Shown here piece by piece: positions 39,358 to 50,800 of a stretch of DNA of 64,000 nucleotides. Position 1 is the first letter of the stretch, and every line of letters starts with the position of its first letter. Where the stretch lies: assembly GCF_902652985.1 (NCBI RefSeq), contig NC_047028.1:9610001-9674000 (forward strand), given 5' to 3'. The notes beneath the pieces were generated by a model, which saw only the letters and a program-made list of their open reading frames with translations, was not told the origin of the DNA and searched no databases. Both the position numbers and the translations under genes were made by a program. The stretch comes from Pecten maximus (Eukaryota).

Positions 39358-39612
39358 CGCAAGCTTGCGAATGATGTTAAATGCAAGCTTGCGGCAAGCT
39401 TGCGGCAAGCTTGATCTGCGAGCTAGGAATTGGAACCTCGCGGCAAGCTAGTAAATGAAACCTCGCGGCAAGCTTAATCCGCAAGCTTAATCCGCAAGCT
39501 TGCGGCAAGCTTAATCCGCAAGCTTAATCCGCAAGCTTGCGGCAAGCTTAATCCGCAAGCTTGCGGCAAGCTTAATCCGCAAGCTTGCGGCAAGCTTAAT
39601 CCGCAAGCTTGC
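39358..39612. repeat. Left subterminal repeat array of the transposon (GCAAGCTTGC / GCAAGCTTAATCC)
   Basis: Roughly 17 copies of GCAAGCT(T), many spaced 11-13 bp apart. Confidence 0.92.
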
Positions 39613-40327
39613 TGAAAATCTATAATAAATAAAACGAACATCAACTAAAAATTCTTAATAGAACTGTATTTCTTACTTATTCATGAGATCTGTTACATAA
39701 AATATCTAATTCATTCAGTAATCAGGTCTGCTTTTAAATAATAACCATTCTTGTAATCTGGTTATATTAAAGGCAAGATCACAACTCTTTACTCCTTCAA
39801 TACTCAAACTTAGGCCGGAAATCCCTCATTATAAAACAAAGGAAATAGTGTTGATCATAATAATTCTCCATTCAAAATATTTTTACCATAGAAACAATTC
39901 AGCTTGGACTTTCCAAATTTCTGAAGTAATTACCAAATCTTCAAAATATTACCAAACTAATTACATCAAATTTAAATGTAAAAATAATAAAATCCATCCA
40001 TAATGAGATAATCAGGGACATGAAAGTACACGTTTGTATATGCATGACCCAAAGAAATGTACACAACCTTACAATTTATGAAGTGTGTATGTGTCCCAAC
40101 AACACATACATTGTGTATATATATATAGTATCAAAATGCAGGAAAATGTAAAAATGTAATCTTAATAAGAAATTTCATATTCAATTGCCAATTCAAATGC
40201 ATGTCACATATATATAAAGGCAAACAATTCTATGAGATTGGTTGAAATAATGTCAACAAAAAACAAACAAATTGCAAAATGGCAAGGACTGCTTCTAAGT
40301 AATAAAAAAAAAAAAAAAAACCAATAA

Positions 40328-40888
40328 AAACAAGGCATTGCAAACGATACAAATCGCATGCTAACACATTAACTCTGACGTAAAATAGGGGGTGGGGTTA
40401 TAATTATTGCAGGACATTGAAATAACATCAGTTGTCATTTGCACTGAACTGCAATAGACATGGATGGGCTTATTATCAGGCATGGGCTATCGAGGTATTG
40501 CCATGCTGGACCAATACTATGAAGTTTGGTCAGGATCCATTCAAAAATGAAGTTGCAACAACGCTGACAAAGATTTTTTATAAATAGTAACGGTGACCTT
40601 GACCTTAACCTTGGCGCCCTGAAACACGAACTTGTTTGAGGTATTGCCATGCTTGACCCATATATGAAGTTTGGTCAGGATCCGTTCAAAAATGAAGTCA
40701 CAAGAGTGCTGACAAAGATTTTCTATAAATAGTAACGGTGACCTTGACCTTGGTACCCTGAAACATGAACTTGTTCGAGGTATTCCCATGCTGGACCCGT
40801 ATATGAAGTTTGGTCAGGATCTGTTCAAAAATGAAGTCCGAACGAACGCTATATCCCCTCCCCGACTTTCGTCGCGAGGGGATAATAA
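40328..40888 (-). mobile_element. HINE-like element nested in the transposon; a further decayed one adjoins to ~41200
   Basis: Minus-strand start TTATTATCCCCTCGCGACGAAAGTCGGGAGGGGATATAG (hairpin). ~140-bp internal repeats containing GTGACCTTGACCTT and ATGAAGTTTGGTCAGGATC. Confidence 0.65.
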
Positions 40889-41475
40889 CAAGAGCCTCGC
40901 AGGGGTAAGCATGATACCCCATCATAGTAATAGTTGAAACATGAGCCAAAAAATAGTAATATATGTTAAACATAATTGCTTCTTTTTGTATTATGTAAAA
41001 TCTTAGAGAAATTGAATGAAAAATAGGAAACTTTAAAAACTGAGGAGTGAGGTATTGTGCCATAGAATATTTGTAACAAGTTTCATAAAGTCTGTTGATA
41101 ATAAAGGCTAGAGAGCGTAACGAGGAAAAGTTAACAGACAGCAGACTTACGGACAGCGCAGGGTATCTTATAATATGACCTGTTGTTGATGGGCTTATAA
41201 AAACTACATAGATAAAGATCAAAATTAAAATGCTTAGAAACATAAGGCAACAACCCTATAAAATTTTATGAAAACGGCTAAAAACACAGTGTGAAGAAGC
41301 ATTCAAAGCTTCAAAATGTGATTACTTGATAAGTATATAAATGTGTTCAGACTTTTACAAACATATCAAAACTATGACCTTCAAATAAATATGATTTAGG
41401 CGTTTAAAAATGAAGTAAAAAAGAGACTGGTTCCATCATATGTCCAAAAAGTTAAAATTCATTTTGAGCACACAG

Positions 41476-41868
41476 TCATTTTCCATCGAGATTTCTTGGG
41501 CTACACATTTGCTGTAATGCTCTGCGTGCAGTGGCACATTTGGAATTGATGACATCATTCATCACTGCATCGGTGACTGAACACTGACCAGTGTTTTTCT
41601 TCAAATGTTTGACAGTGTAGGATTTAATTGCAGCAACAACTACAGCTGGCAAGGCTTTTGTTTTTTCTGTTGTCTTGTTATTGTGGGCAGATCGCTGTCC
41701 TTTTGCACTCGACACTGCCAAGATTTCTTTAGTGAAGAAAACTTCTAGCAAGTTTATCAGCAGTTTTCGGGGATTATTCCCTGCCTTCTGCACAACTTGT
41801 GCTAATTGTTGCGGTGTCAAATACACTTGATGGTCAGGCAACAGTTTAATCTTAGGAGCCCCATTCGT
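41476..41868 (-). CDS. BEN-domain exon (exon 7) of the accessory gene
   Basis: TTACAG acceptor; pattern L..LL..FF..E.LA.SS..G.....L....V.AI......I..KC...RR is typical of BEN domains (BANP/E5R/NAC1, Insensitive, BEND5/6). Confidence 0.85.
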   Translation of the reverse strand, partial: TNGAPKIKLLPDHQVYLTPQQLAQVVQKAGNNPRKLLINLLEVFFTKEILAVSSAKGQRSAHNNKTTEKTKALPAVVVAAIKSYTVKHLKKNTGQCSVTDAVMNDVINSKCATARRALQQMCSPRNLDGK

Positions 41869-44800
41869 CTGTAATTGAATTAAAATGAAAATGCTAAAAA
41901 TACAAGAATCAACCAAATAGATTTATCATGGCCGTTTCATTAAATGAACTTATTCAATTAATTTACCTGCAACAAGATTTGTGATACACATTACAATTGA
42001 AAGATGTAATTGATGCTAAATGCAAATCAAAAGACTGGGTACATTAGGGCTATTCCAATGAGATATCCTACTTGAGATATTCATGAAAAAATAAGTACTA
42101 TGGGTGGACTGTTTTAACTAAATCATTCCTATGAGTGGTCAATGTTGACAAACCTTGAGTCCACCTTTTGGTTAGGAATTTTACTTGAGTGGCCTTAATC
42201 ATACTTACAGTCACTGCTTCCTCCCATGGTGCTAAACAGTTAATATTCAAATTCTCGCTGCAATTTCTGTTCTCCTCTGTTGGTGTTGACAGAGTTTCTG
42301 GTTCTGGACTTTGTTGTTCTTGAACAGCCAGAGGACTTTGTTGTTCTTGAACAGCCAGGGGACTTTGTTGTTCTTGAACAGCCAGGGGACTTTGTTGTTC
42401 TGGAACAGCCAGGGGACTTTGTTGTGCTCCTAGTGCTGCAGTTACTTTTGCTTTGAAGAGTGATCTTGGTTTTGGCTTAACCAATAACGGCATTCGGGAC
42501 ATGGATTCCTAGGAACAAAAGTATTCAATAAACATTGTACTTTTAGGAAATATTTGCACACTTAAAACTAAATACATGTATAATCAAAACGAGCATTCAT
42601 ACAGTTAAGTCATTTAATTACATTTAATGAAAGGAAGAAATAGGCAGAAAACATATTAATTTTATTTAATGAAAGGAAGAAATAGGCAGAAAACCTTAAG
42701 TCTATCAAATGGTTATGGAGAGTCATCATAGTGGTCAAAATAGAGTTGAGCATGCAAATACCTCTGGAGTAGAGGAAAGGTAGGCAGCTGCATCATCTTC
42801 TGTACTAGTTGTGTTCAAGATCCTTTGACTGAGGAAAAAACATTATTAAATAAAAACAACTTTTTACTGCAGGGCAGAGCATTTAATTCCATGCTAAAGA
42901 ACAGAAATATTCATGATTTATTTACCATAATGAATAAAAAACAAAGAAATGCAAAATGCTAAGAAAAACAGTGCTATGATTATATTAGTTGATGAAAAAG
43001 CAAACAAAGTTTTAAGGAAATGATAACGAGATGAAAATGAGATTAGATAAACACTAAAAACAGCAAGGGATATAACTCTACAAACAACTGTAGAAAATCA
43101 CATTGCCATTATTAAAGGAATACATATGTACATGTCACATTGTGCATGTATCTATATATATTCTCACTTTCATGTAATGTATATTGAATTCTGCTTTCTA
43201 GTATATATATATATATTAGTATCTCTTTATATGGAAAATGTTATAAGGAATCCTTCAAGTATTTCAACCTAACAAAAGAAGTATTTTTACATAATAGTTT
43301 TACATACTGTTTCTGTTCTAATTCTGTATAAAGATCCCTCATGAATCTCAGTTTTCCCGGCGTTACCTGAATACCTGTAACAAAAAGCTTTAATTAAGCA
43401 ATAAGGTTGAACTACATGGTTTTGACAATTGTATTGAGAGATTCCTAAGTCTTTTACACACACACACATATATATATATATTACAGATATCACATTATGC
43501 TGAAATTAAAACAGATTTTTAGCCCACCATCATCAGATGGTGGGCTGTTCAAATCGCCCTGCGTCCGTGGTCCGTCGTCCGTCCCTCCGTCCGTCCCTCC
43601 GTCCGTCCGTCCGTCCCTCCGTCCCTCCGTCCGTAAACAATTCTTGTTATCGCTATTTCTCAGAAAGTACTGAAGGGATCTTTCTCAAATTTCATATGTA
43701 GGTTCCCCTTGGTGCCTAGTTATGCATATTGCGTTTTGAGACCAATTGGATAACAACATGGCCGACAGGCAGCCATCTTGGATTTTGACAAATGAAGTTT
43801 GTTATCGCTATTTCTGAGAAAGTACTGAAGGGATCTTTCTCAAATTTCATATGTAGGTTCCCCTTGGTGCCTAGTTATGCATATTGCGATTTGAGACAAT
43901 CGGAAAACAACTGGATGACAGGCAGCCATCTTGGATTTTGACAATTGAAGTTTGTTATCACTATTTCTGAGAAAGTACTGAATGGATCTTTCTGAAATTT
44001 CATATGTAGGTTTCCCTTGGTGCCTAGTTATGCATATTGCGTTTTGAGACCAATCCGAAAACAACATGGCCGACAGGCAGCCATCTTGGATTTTGACAAT
44101 TGAAGTTTGTTATCGCTATTTCTGAGAATGTACTGAATGGATCTTTCTCAAATTTCATATGTTAGTTTCCCTTGGTGCCTAGTTATGCATATTGTGTTTT
44201 GAGACCAATCTGAAAACAACATGGCCGACAAGCAGCCATCTTGGATTTTGACAATTTAAGTTTGTTATCACTATTTCTGAGAAAGTACTGAATGGATCTT
44301 TCTGAAATTTCATATGTAGGTTCCCCTTGGTGCCTAGTTATGCATATTGCGTTTTGAGACCAATCAGAAAACAACATGGCCGACAGGCAGCCATCTTGGA
44401 TTTTGACAATTGAAGTTTGTTATCGCTATTTCTGAGAAAGGACTGAATGGATCTTTCTCAAATTTCATATGGAGGTTCCCCTTGGTGCCTCGTTATGCTA
44501 ATTGCATTTTGAGATCAATTGGAAAACAATATGGCCGACAGACCGCCATCTTGGATTTTGACAATTGAAGTTTGTTATCTCTATTTCTCAAAGTACTGAA
44601 TGGATCTTTCTCAAATTTCATAAGTAGGTTCCCCTTGGTCCCTTGTATTGCATTTTTGGACCAGTCTGTCCTGAAAACAACCTGGCAAACAAACAGCCAT
44701 TATCGTTAAATCTCAAATTTCTTATATAGCTAGGATTCCCTTGTTTGAAAAGTACTGGAGGGATTTCTCAATTTGCACAGATTAGTAAAATGAAGGGAAA

Positions 44801-47469
44801 AGTAGAGAAAAGATCAATCTGACATGGAACCTATGAAGATCATTCAATGGTGGGCGCCAAGATCCCTCTGGGATCTCTTGTTGGTATATATGAATATTTT
44901 CAAAAGAATTTTTATAATACTTTGTGACAAGTTAACAAACACCACTTCTGAGTTAATAATGTAATGGTACTAAAGATACCACCTTAAAAGTATTTAGATA
45001 TATTGTATTTCTATTTGTGTTATAATAGACATGCTTACTACAGTCATTTGGGCCAATACATTCCAGTCTCTGACGCAACTGCTGATTTTCAGCTCTTAAA
45101 GCTGTGTTCTCCCTCTCTAAGGCAGCTAACTGTTCTCTGTGAGATATCAGCGTAGAGAAGTTGTAATCCGGCAATGGGCGACAAGAACTGTAGGGGGATC
45201 TGGAGTAATCCTGGAAGTCTACATGTGAAGGTCTTTGATTTAAGTTGAATGAGCTTGCCATTGGTTCTTGTTGATACATATATTCATATCCAGCAGTTGG
45301 TTGCAATTGTTGTACACATGCTGGCATCTCCTGGTTGTGATGGTCTGAAAAAGTGAAGGAGGCAGAAAACCTGGACTGCTGTTGCAGTTGTTCACCTGGG
45401 GTAATTGTCTCCTGATCTTGATGAGTAGCAGAAATTGGCTGTTTTACAGTTGGACTGTTCATGATCAGGTCATGATCCAGCACAGGTGAATGTGGTGATT
45501 GTAAATCCCTTAATGATTTCTCAGGCACGGATTGTTCAATCTCCTTCTGTTGGTCATGGCGCCTCTTTTCAATAATTTGATTTAGAGATTTGGTGGCTTC
45601 TTCCAACTTCTTTTGGTCAATTTCCTTCTTTCTTTTTTTATTGGTCAACTTTTCCTCCATTGCTTCTGACTCAACAGTTACTTTTTTGTTCTTTGAGATC
45701 TTTTTCCCTTCCTTGACCTTCTGCGACTTTTTCACCATTTCTGCACAAATACCAGTTGATTTAAGTTATATCCACATGCATGATATGAAGCAAATTTTAC
45801 AAATTACAATTATAATTATCATACACAAACATAATCTATCTTTATTTTACAATATTAAAGTACATGTTACAGTATATATTATGATCTACTTTGACAATGA
45901 TGAAAAACCAAAACTAATTTCAAATTTGTATTTTGTGGCAATAACAGTGACCTTGACCTTGGCATTCTGAAACACAAACTTCCGTGTTCTCTACAGTCTA
46001 CACTATTCATCCCAGATTTCAAAGTGAGAACTTTTGGGATTAATATATGTAAAATGACTTAGAATTACATAGACCAAGCCCCAAAATTACTCTGACAGTA
46101 CAAACAGTATTAATAAAAAAAACTTACTTGTTGACAAAGGGGTACTTTCCTTCTCAGATTCATCACTTGTCTCGGAATTGCTTTCATCATGTTTGTCATT
46201 ATGATCAGAAGATCTAGAGCTAGCTTGTTGCAATTGCAACTTCTGTCGCTGATCCATCTGTAGTTCAAGATCTTTCTTGGATTCTGACAAAAGAAAAGAC
46301 AATTTCTCAATAAAATTTGTTCAATATATTGTGAAAAAAGATATGGTAAATGCATAGTACTTTTTGTTTTTCGAAAAGAAATATTGTACTGATTTTGATA
46401 TATAAATTCAGAAATATGTATGTAATATTGAGTGGTCACTCGCCAACTAGATTGCAGACCAATATACTTCCACATCGGTACAATTAAAGAAAGTAAGAAT
46501 CAGATACTGGTAGTTATTTTCCAAAAAATATTTCATTGCATGTCGAAATTAATAGCCTACATTAACAAGCCAAAGGATATATATTCCATCATATAATATT
46601 TTTTCACATTTCATGCATTTCAGTGAATTTTTATGATATCATTTTCAATGTAACAATTGTAAGCTCATTTACCTGATATTTTACTTACTTTTCCCCTGCT
46701 TTATTCTTACTTACAAATTTCATTGCTAATTTTAAAAACTTAAACATGCAAATTTAAATGTCTCTTGAAATCAGCTATAAAAATTTATGCAAATATTATC
46801 AGAGGAATGAGCTAATATTTCTTGACATGTACGTGAAATTTCAAGAAATTACATTGAAAAACGAAGTCATCAATATTAATTGAAAATTTGCCAAAATGCA
46901 TGAAATATACAGATTTCTATATAGTAAAAATAGTCCCTGTGCATGCTTGACCGAATACTTTTGGCACGTAATTTGTAAAGTTTGATTATTTCGAAAACAA
47001 AATTAACCTGGTTAACAGCTCGAAACATATATAGATTTGAATACCTTTAATAATAAAATGTAACCCGGCCGTGCGTAAGGGGCTAGAATCATAAGCCGAT
47101 CTTTCTCTGGCCCTGACACCATATAAATTCATGGGCCTTGCATTTTTTGGCAAATTTGTTGTGGGATGTGTTAAACTAAACTCATGGAAATTTTCAACGA
47201 ATAAATCGATACCGCTATTTGGCCGAATTATTTTCTAACATCCTATTCTGGAGACGTAAGTTTACTAATTGCCATATTGTTTACTTACCGCCAATTTCTA
47301 CAATAACACCGTTCCACAGTCCGTATTTCGGTAATTTTGCGATCACTTCATCCCCTTTCTGATACAGATTAATCTCTTTTCTTGGCTCCTTTATGATGTT
47401 GATATTATTAACACTTGTTGTATTATCATCCCAATCAAACCAACAGAAGAGATTTTGCGTTCGATCCAT
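41476..47469 (-). CDS. Transposon-encoded 621-aa protein (Tudor/PWWP-like N-terminus, coiled coil, C-terminal BEN domain); 7 exons: 47469-47289, 46283-46128, 45740-45039, 43374-43308, 42828-42762, 42508-42209, 41868-41476
   Basis: All introns are GT-AG and phases chain correctly (1,1,1,2,0,0); total 1866 nt with no internal stop. Last exon VYLTPQQLAQV...PRKLLINLLEVFFTKEILAVSSAKG...ALPAVVVAAIK...VINSKCATARR has the BEN-domain pattern. Exon 3 ends in the heptad run LAALERENTALRAENQQLRQRLE. Confidence 0.82.
43517..44882 (+). mobile_element. Complete HINE/DINE-like non-autonomous Helentron inside intron 3 of the BEN gene
   Basis: 5' TTTTAGCCCACCATC..GATGGTGGGCT hairpin/subTIR, (TCCG)n microsatellite, ~6.5 tandem ~154-bp units, 3' subTIR ATGGTGGGC plus hairpin CAAGATCCC..GGGATCTCTTG. 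T-rich insertion site. Confidence 0.85.
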
Positions 47470-47852
47470 TATTTCAATTCGTGATTCTTCGAGAGCGAGC
47501 AAAATGCGACAGTAGAGGTGTGCTGTCCACCGAAATTTGAATCGAGCGGATGTTGATCTGCAGATGCTGCGCATTGGTTATCAGCAGCTCCCCGAGGGCG
47601 CGCCAGTCGTCAGTTCCGGTTTATGGTGTGATAGGCCTCGCACAATTGATACGACGGCATCGATGTTTTCCAAATATTATGATCAACTGACAGAAAATAC
47701 ACTTGAACTGTTGGTGCGTTTATAACTTCTATTATCGACCAACGTTTCCAACCAATCATTGTAAGGACCACGATCATACAAAGAAAACAACGAGGCCTAA
47801 CGTTAGACCTAATGCGACAGGAGATCGGGGTTTCTGTTTCTCTGATTTCGTC
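47470..47852. promoter_or_regulatory. Putative bidirectional promoter between the BEN gene and the transposase
   Basis: 383 bp between divergent ATGs (47469 on -, 47853 on +). Locally CpG-rich, with TGCGCAT, GGCGCGCC and TTCCGGT motifs. Confidence 0.6.
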
Positions 47853-50800
47853 ATGTATAGCAACCGCTTAAAAGATGATGATCAAGTGGCAAGTGTGTCG
47901 AAATCAACGAAATGGCGATTGAAAAAGAAAATTCGTTTACAACCTGAAGATGAACCGCATGACGAGTCCACACTTGATAGCTGCGGCGATAATATGCAGA
48001 CGTAAGAATTCAATCTTTTTGAATGCAAAACATTTTAAATCCCGATTTGGGGCCCAAAATTTGATCAGAATTCGACACTCATTTTCAACAAATCAACAGC
48101 ATTGTTAATACGTGTACTTTGAATTAATTTGGCCATCAATATCACCCCAATGTACAATTTAAGTAACATCAGTACTTGGTATTCAAATGTGAAGGTATAC
48201 CGATATACTCATAAAGCATGCATTTACACTACATTACTTTACATCTTAATGGCATTAAATTAAATTTCATTCATTTTTTTTAGATTTGACTCACCATCCA
48301 CTTCGAAAGTTAATTACAATTGCCGATTTAAGGATGATGACCCCTTTGAAAGTGCACCTAAAACTACAAAATGGCGTTTAAAGAGAAAAGGTGTGATTGC
48401 AGATTTCGATCATCAGGAGAATATTCAGCAAGATGAATTAGCAGGAAATCCTGATGGATTGTAAGACTTTGATTATATATCATATTAATTTTTAGATCCA
48501 ATTTTTCATAATATATTGCAGTTTACATGATGCATACTTTTCATGGTGATCAACTAGCTACAGCTAGTTATTATGTCAATTATTTGTCTTATCTTATTTC
48601 ATAACTTTTTCATACTTCTATAAAAGTTTGATGAATTATAAGATAATTTGTTTGCCTCCAGATATTGTTCAATGTTATCCATTACTTATGTGATCAAAAT
48701 CAGCATTAGGTTCCATGTCAGATAAAGTTAATATTTCTATAAAGAATTGGCCATGATATTGCAATTGCTTAATATAACAACATTAATTGGTATATTCTAT
48801 ATATATGTGTTTGTATAGGATGAAAATTTGTGCAGGTCCAAATATGATGAATAGTTGAATACACAACAATTATTAAAGTACAACACACATAATCTATTGA
48901 GGAGATGTAATGGAACATCTACATTTTGGTGTGTTATTTTTAACACACATAATGAGCGTTAACACATGTATGTACTCTATTCATCACTTTATTCCATTTC
49001 CTTTGTAGGAACCCATCCAAACACTCGCATGTATTGGTGGCAGATCTAGAAAACGATGGTATTTTAGTTGAAGATGTGGAAAACTCTGCAGCTACTACAG
49101 ATTTTGAAAGTGACCAAGAAAATTTCATAGATAATGAAAGTGACCAAGAAAACTGTTTTGACTGTGAAGAAAGCAATTCTGAATGGTTTGAATGTGAACA
49201 TGAAGAATTTCAGAATGAAGAGTTTTCGTGTGACTCAGAAGATGATGGTTGTAAACCTATTTATGAGGGATCATCAACTACAGTAGCCCAGAGTGCTCTT
49301 TTGATTCTGACATTTGCTTTGCGACACAATCTTACTGGTGAATGTCTGTCAGATTTATTGTCATTAATAGCTGTTCATTGTTTAACAACAAATATCATTT
49401 ACTCATCACTGTACAAGTTTAGAGCATATTTCTCTAAATTGAAATCACCGCTGGTATTTCACACATACTGCACAGTTTGTGAATGTTTACTTACGAAAGA
49501 AAACAATGTGTGTCCTAACTGTGAATCTAATGTAAAGGAGAGTAAAAATGTATCTTACTTTGTCGAGATTCCCCTTGCGCAGCAGATACAAAAACTTTTT
49601 GAAAGAAAAACTTTTCACCAAGATTTAAGTCATAGACATACTCGGTCAAAGAAAAAAGAAAACAATATAGAGGATATCTATGATGGTGATTTATATAAAG
49701 AGTTCTCAAAGGAAAATGGTTTTCTTAACAACCCAAATAATCTGTCATTTATGTGGTACACAGATGGTGTGCCTTTATTTAAATCATCCAAAGTTGGTCT
49801 TTGGCCATTATTCCTGTCTATCAATGAACTACCATACCAAGACAGAATGAAACCAGAAAACATGTTGTTTGCCGGTTTGTGGTATGGTAAGTCAAAGCCG
49901 TCTATGTCAGTTTTTCTGAAACCCTTCTATGAAAGTTTAAAGCAAGTGCGTGATGGGGGCATCATGGTTGACTGTGGACACTGTGCAGAATGTTTTACTG
50001 TTCGGGGTATTTTGTTGTGTGGTACATGTGATTTGCCAGCAAAATGCTTAATGATGAACATGTCTCAGTTCAATGGCAAATTTGGGTGTCCTAGATGCAA
50101 ACAAGAAGGACTTGTTGTAAAAACTGGCAAGGGTCACACTCGTACATTTCCTTTTCAAGCACATTTAGTTAATGGTCCAAAAAGAACCCATGAAGAGTTT
50201 ATTCAACACGGTGAAAATGCCTTTGCGTCAGCAACAACAGTGTTTGGTGTAAAGGGACCATCTTGGTGGGTGAATATTTCTGCAGACATAATACGAGGAA
50301 CTGCCATAGATTACATGCATACAGTTTTGCTAGGTATTGTTCGAAGGCTTTTAAAACTTTGGTTTGATCCTAAATTTTCTAATGAAGCCTATTCAGTCTC
50401 GGGTTTTGTGGACATAGCAGACAAAAGACTAGTTTGTATCAAACCACCCTATTTCATCAAACGCCACCCAAGGAGTATAAAGGAACATTCACAATACTGG
50501 AAAGCCTCTGAGTGTCGTTCATGGCTCTTTTATTATTCAGTGCCAGTTCTCTTTGGTGTACTGAAGAAAGATTTTTTTGAACACTATCTGTTATTTGTAG
50601 ATGCAATCTTCTTGATGAACTTGGATTCCATTTCATCAGAGGAGATGGTGCACTGTGAAGAACTACTTAAAAAAATTCTGTTGTCTTTTTTCCACACTTT
50701 ATGGTGTAAATAATATGTCGGCAAACTTACATCAATTGTTGCATTTACATGAGGTTGTGAGACAATGGTATATTCATGCTTTTCGTTTGAAAGCATGAAT

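Noticed and set aside
40698-41243. 181-aa minus-strand ORF inside the transposon
   Set aside because: Runs across two adjacent HINE-like remnants; composition is non-coding-like and has no domain.
50669-50675. Programmed ribosomal frameshift at the A7 run of the transposase
   Set aside because: It would need a +1 shift plus a second shift ~90 nt later where a conserved motif is missing; decay or sequence error is simpler.
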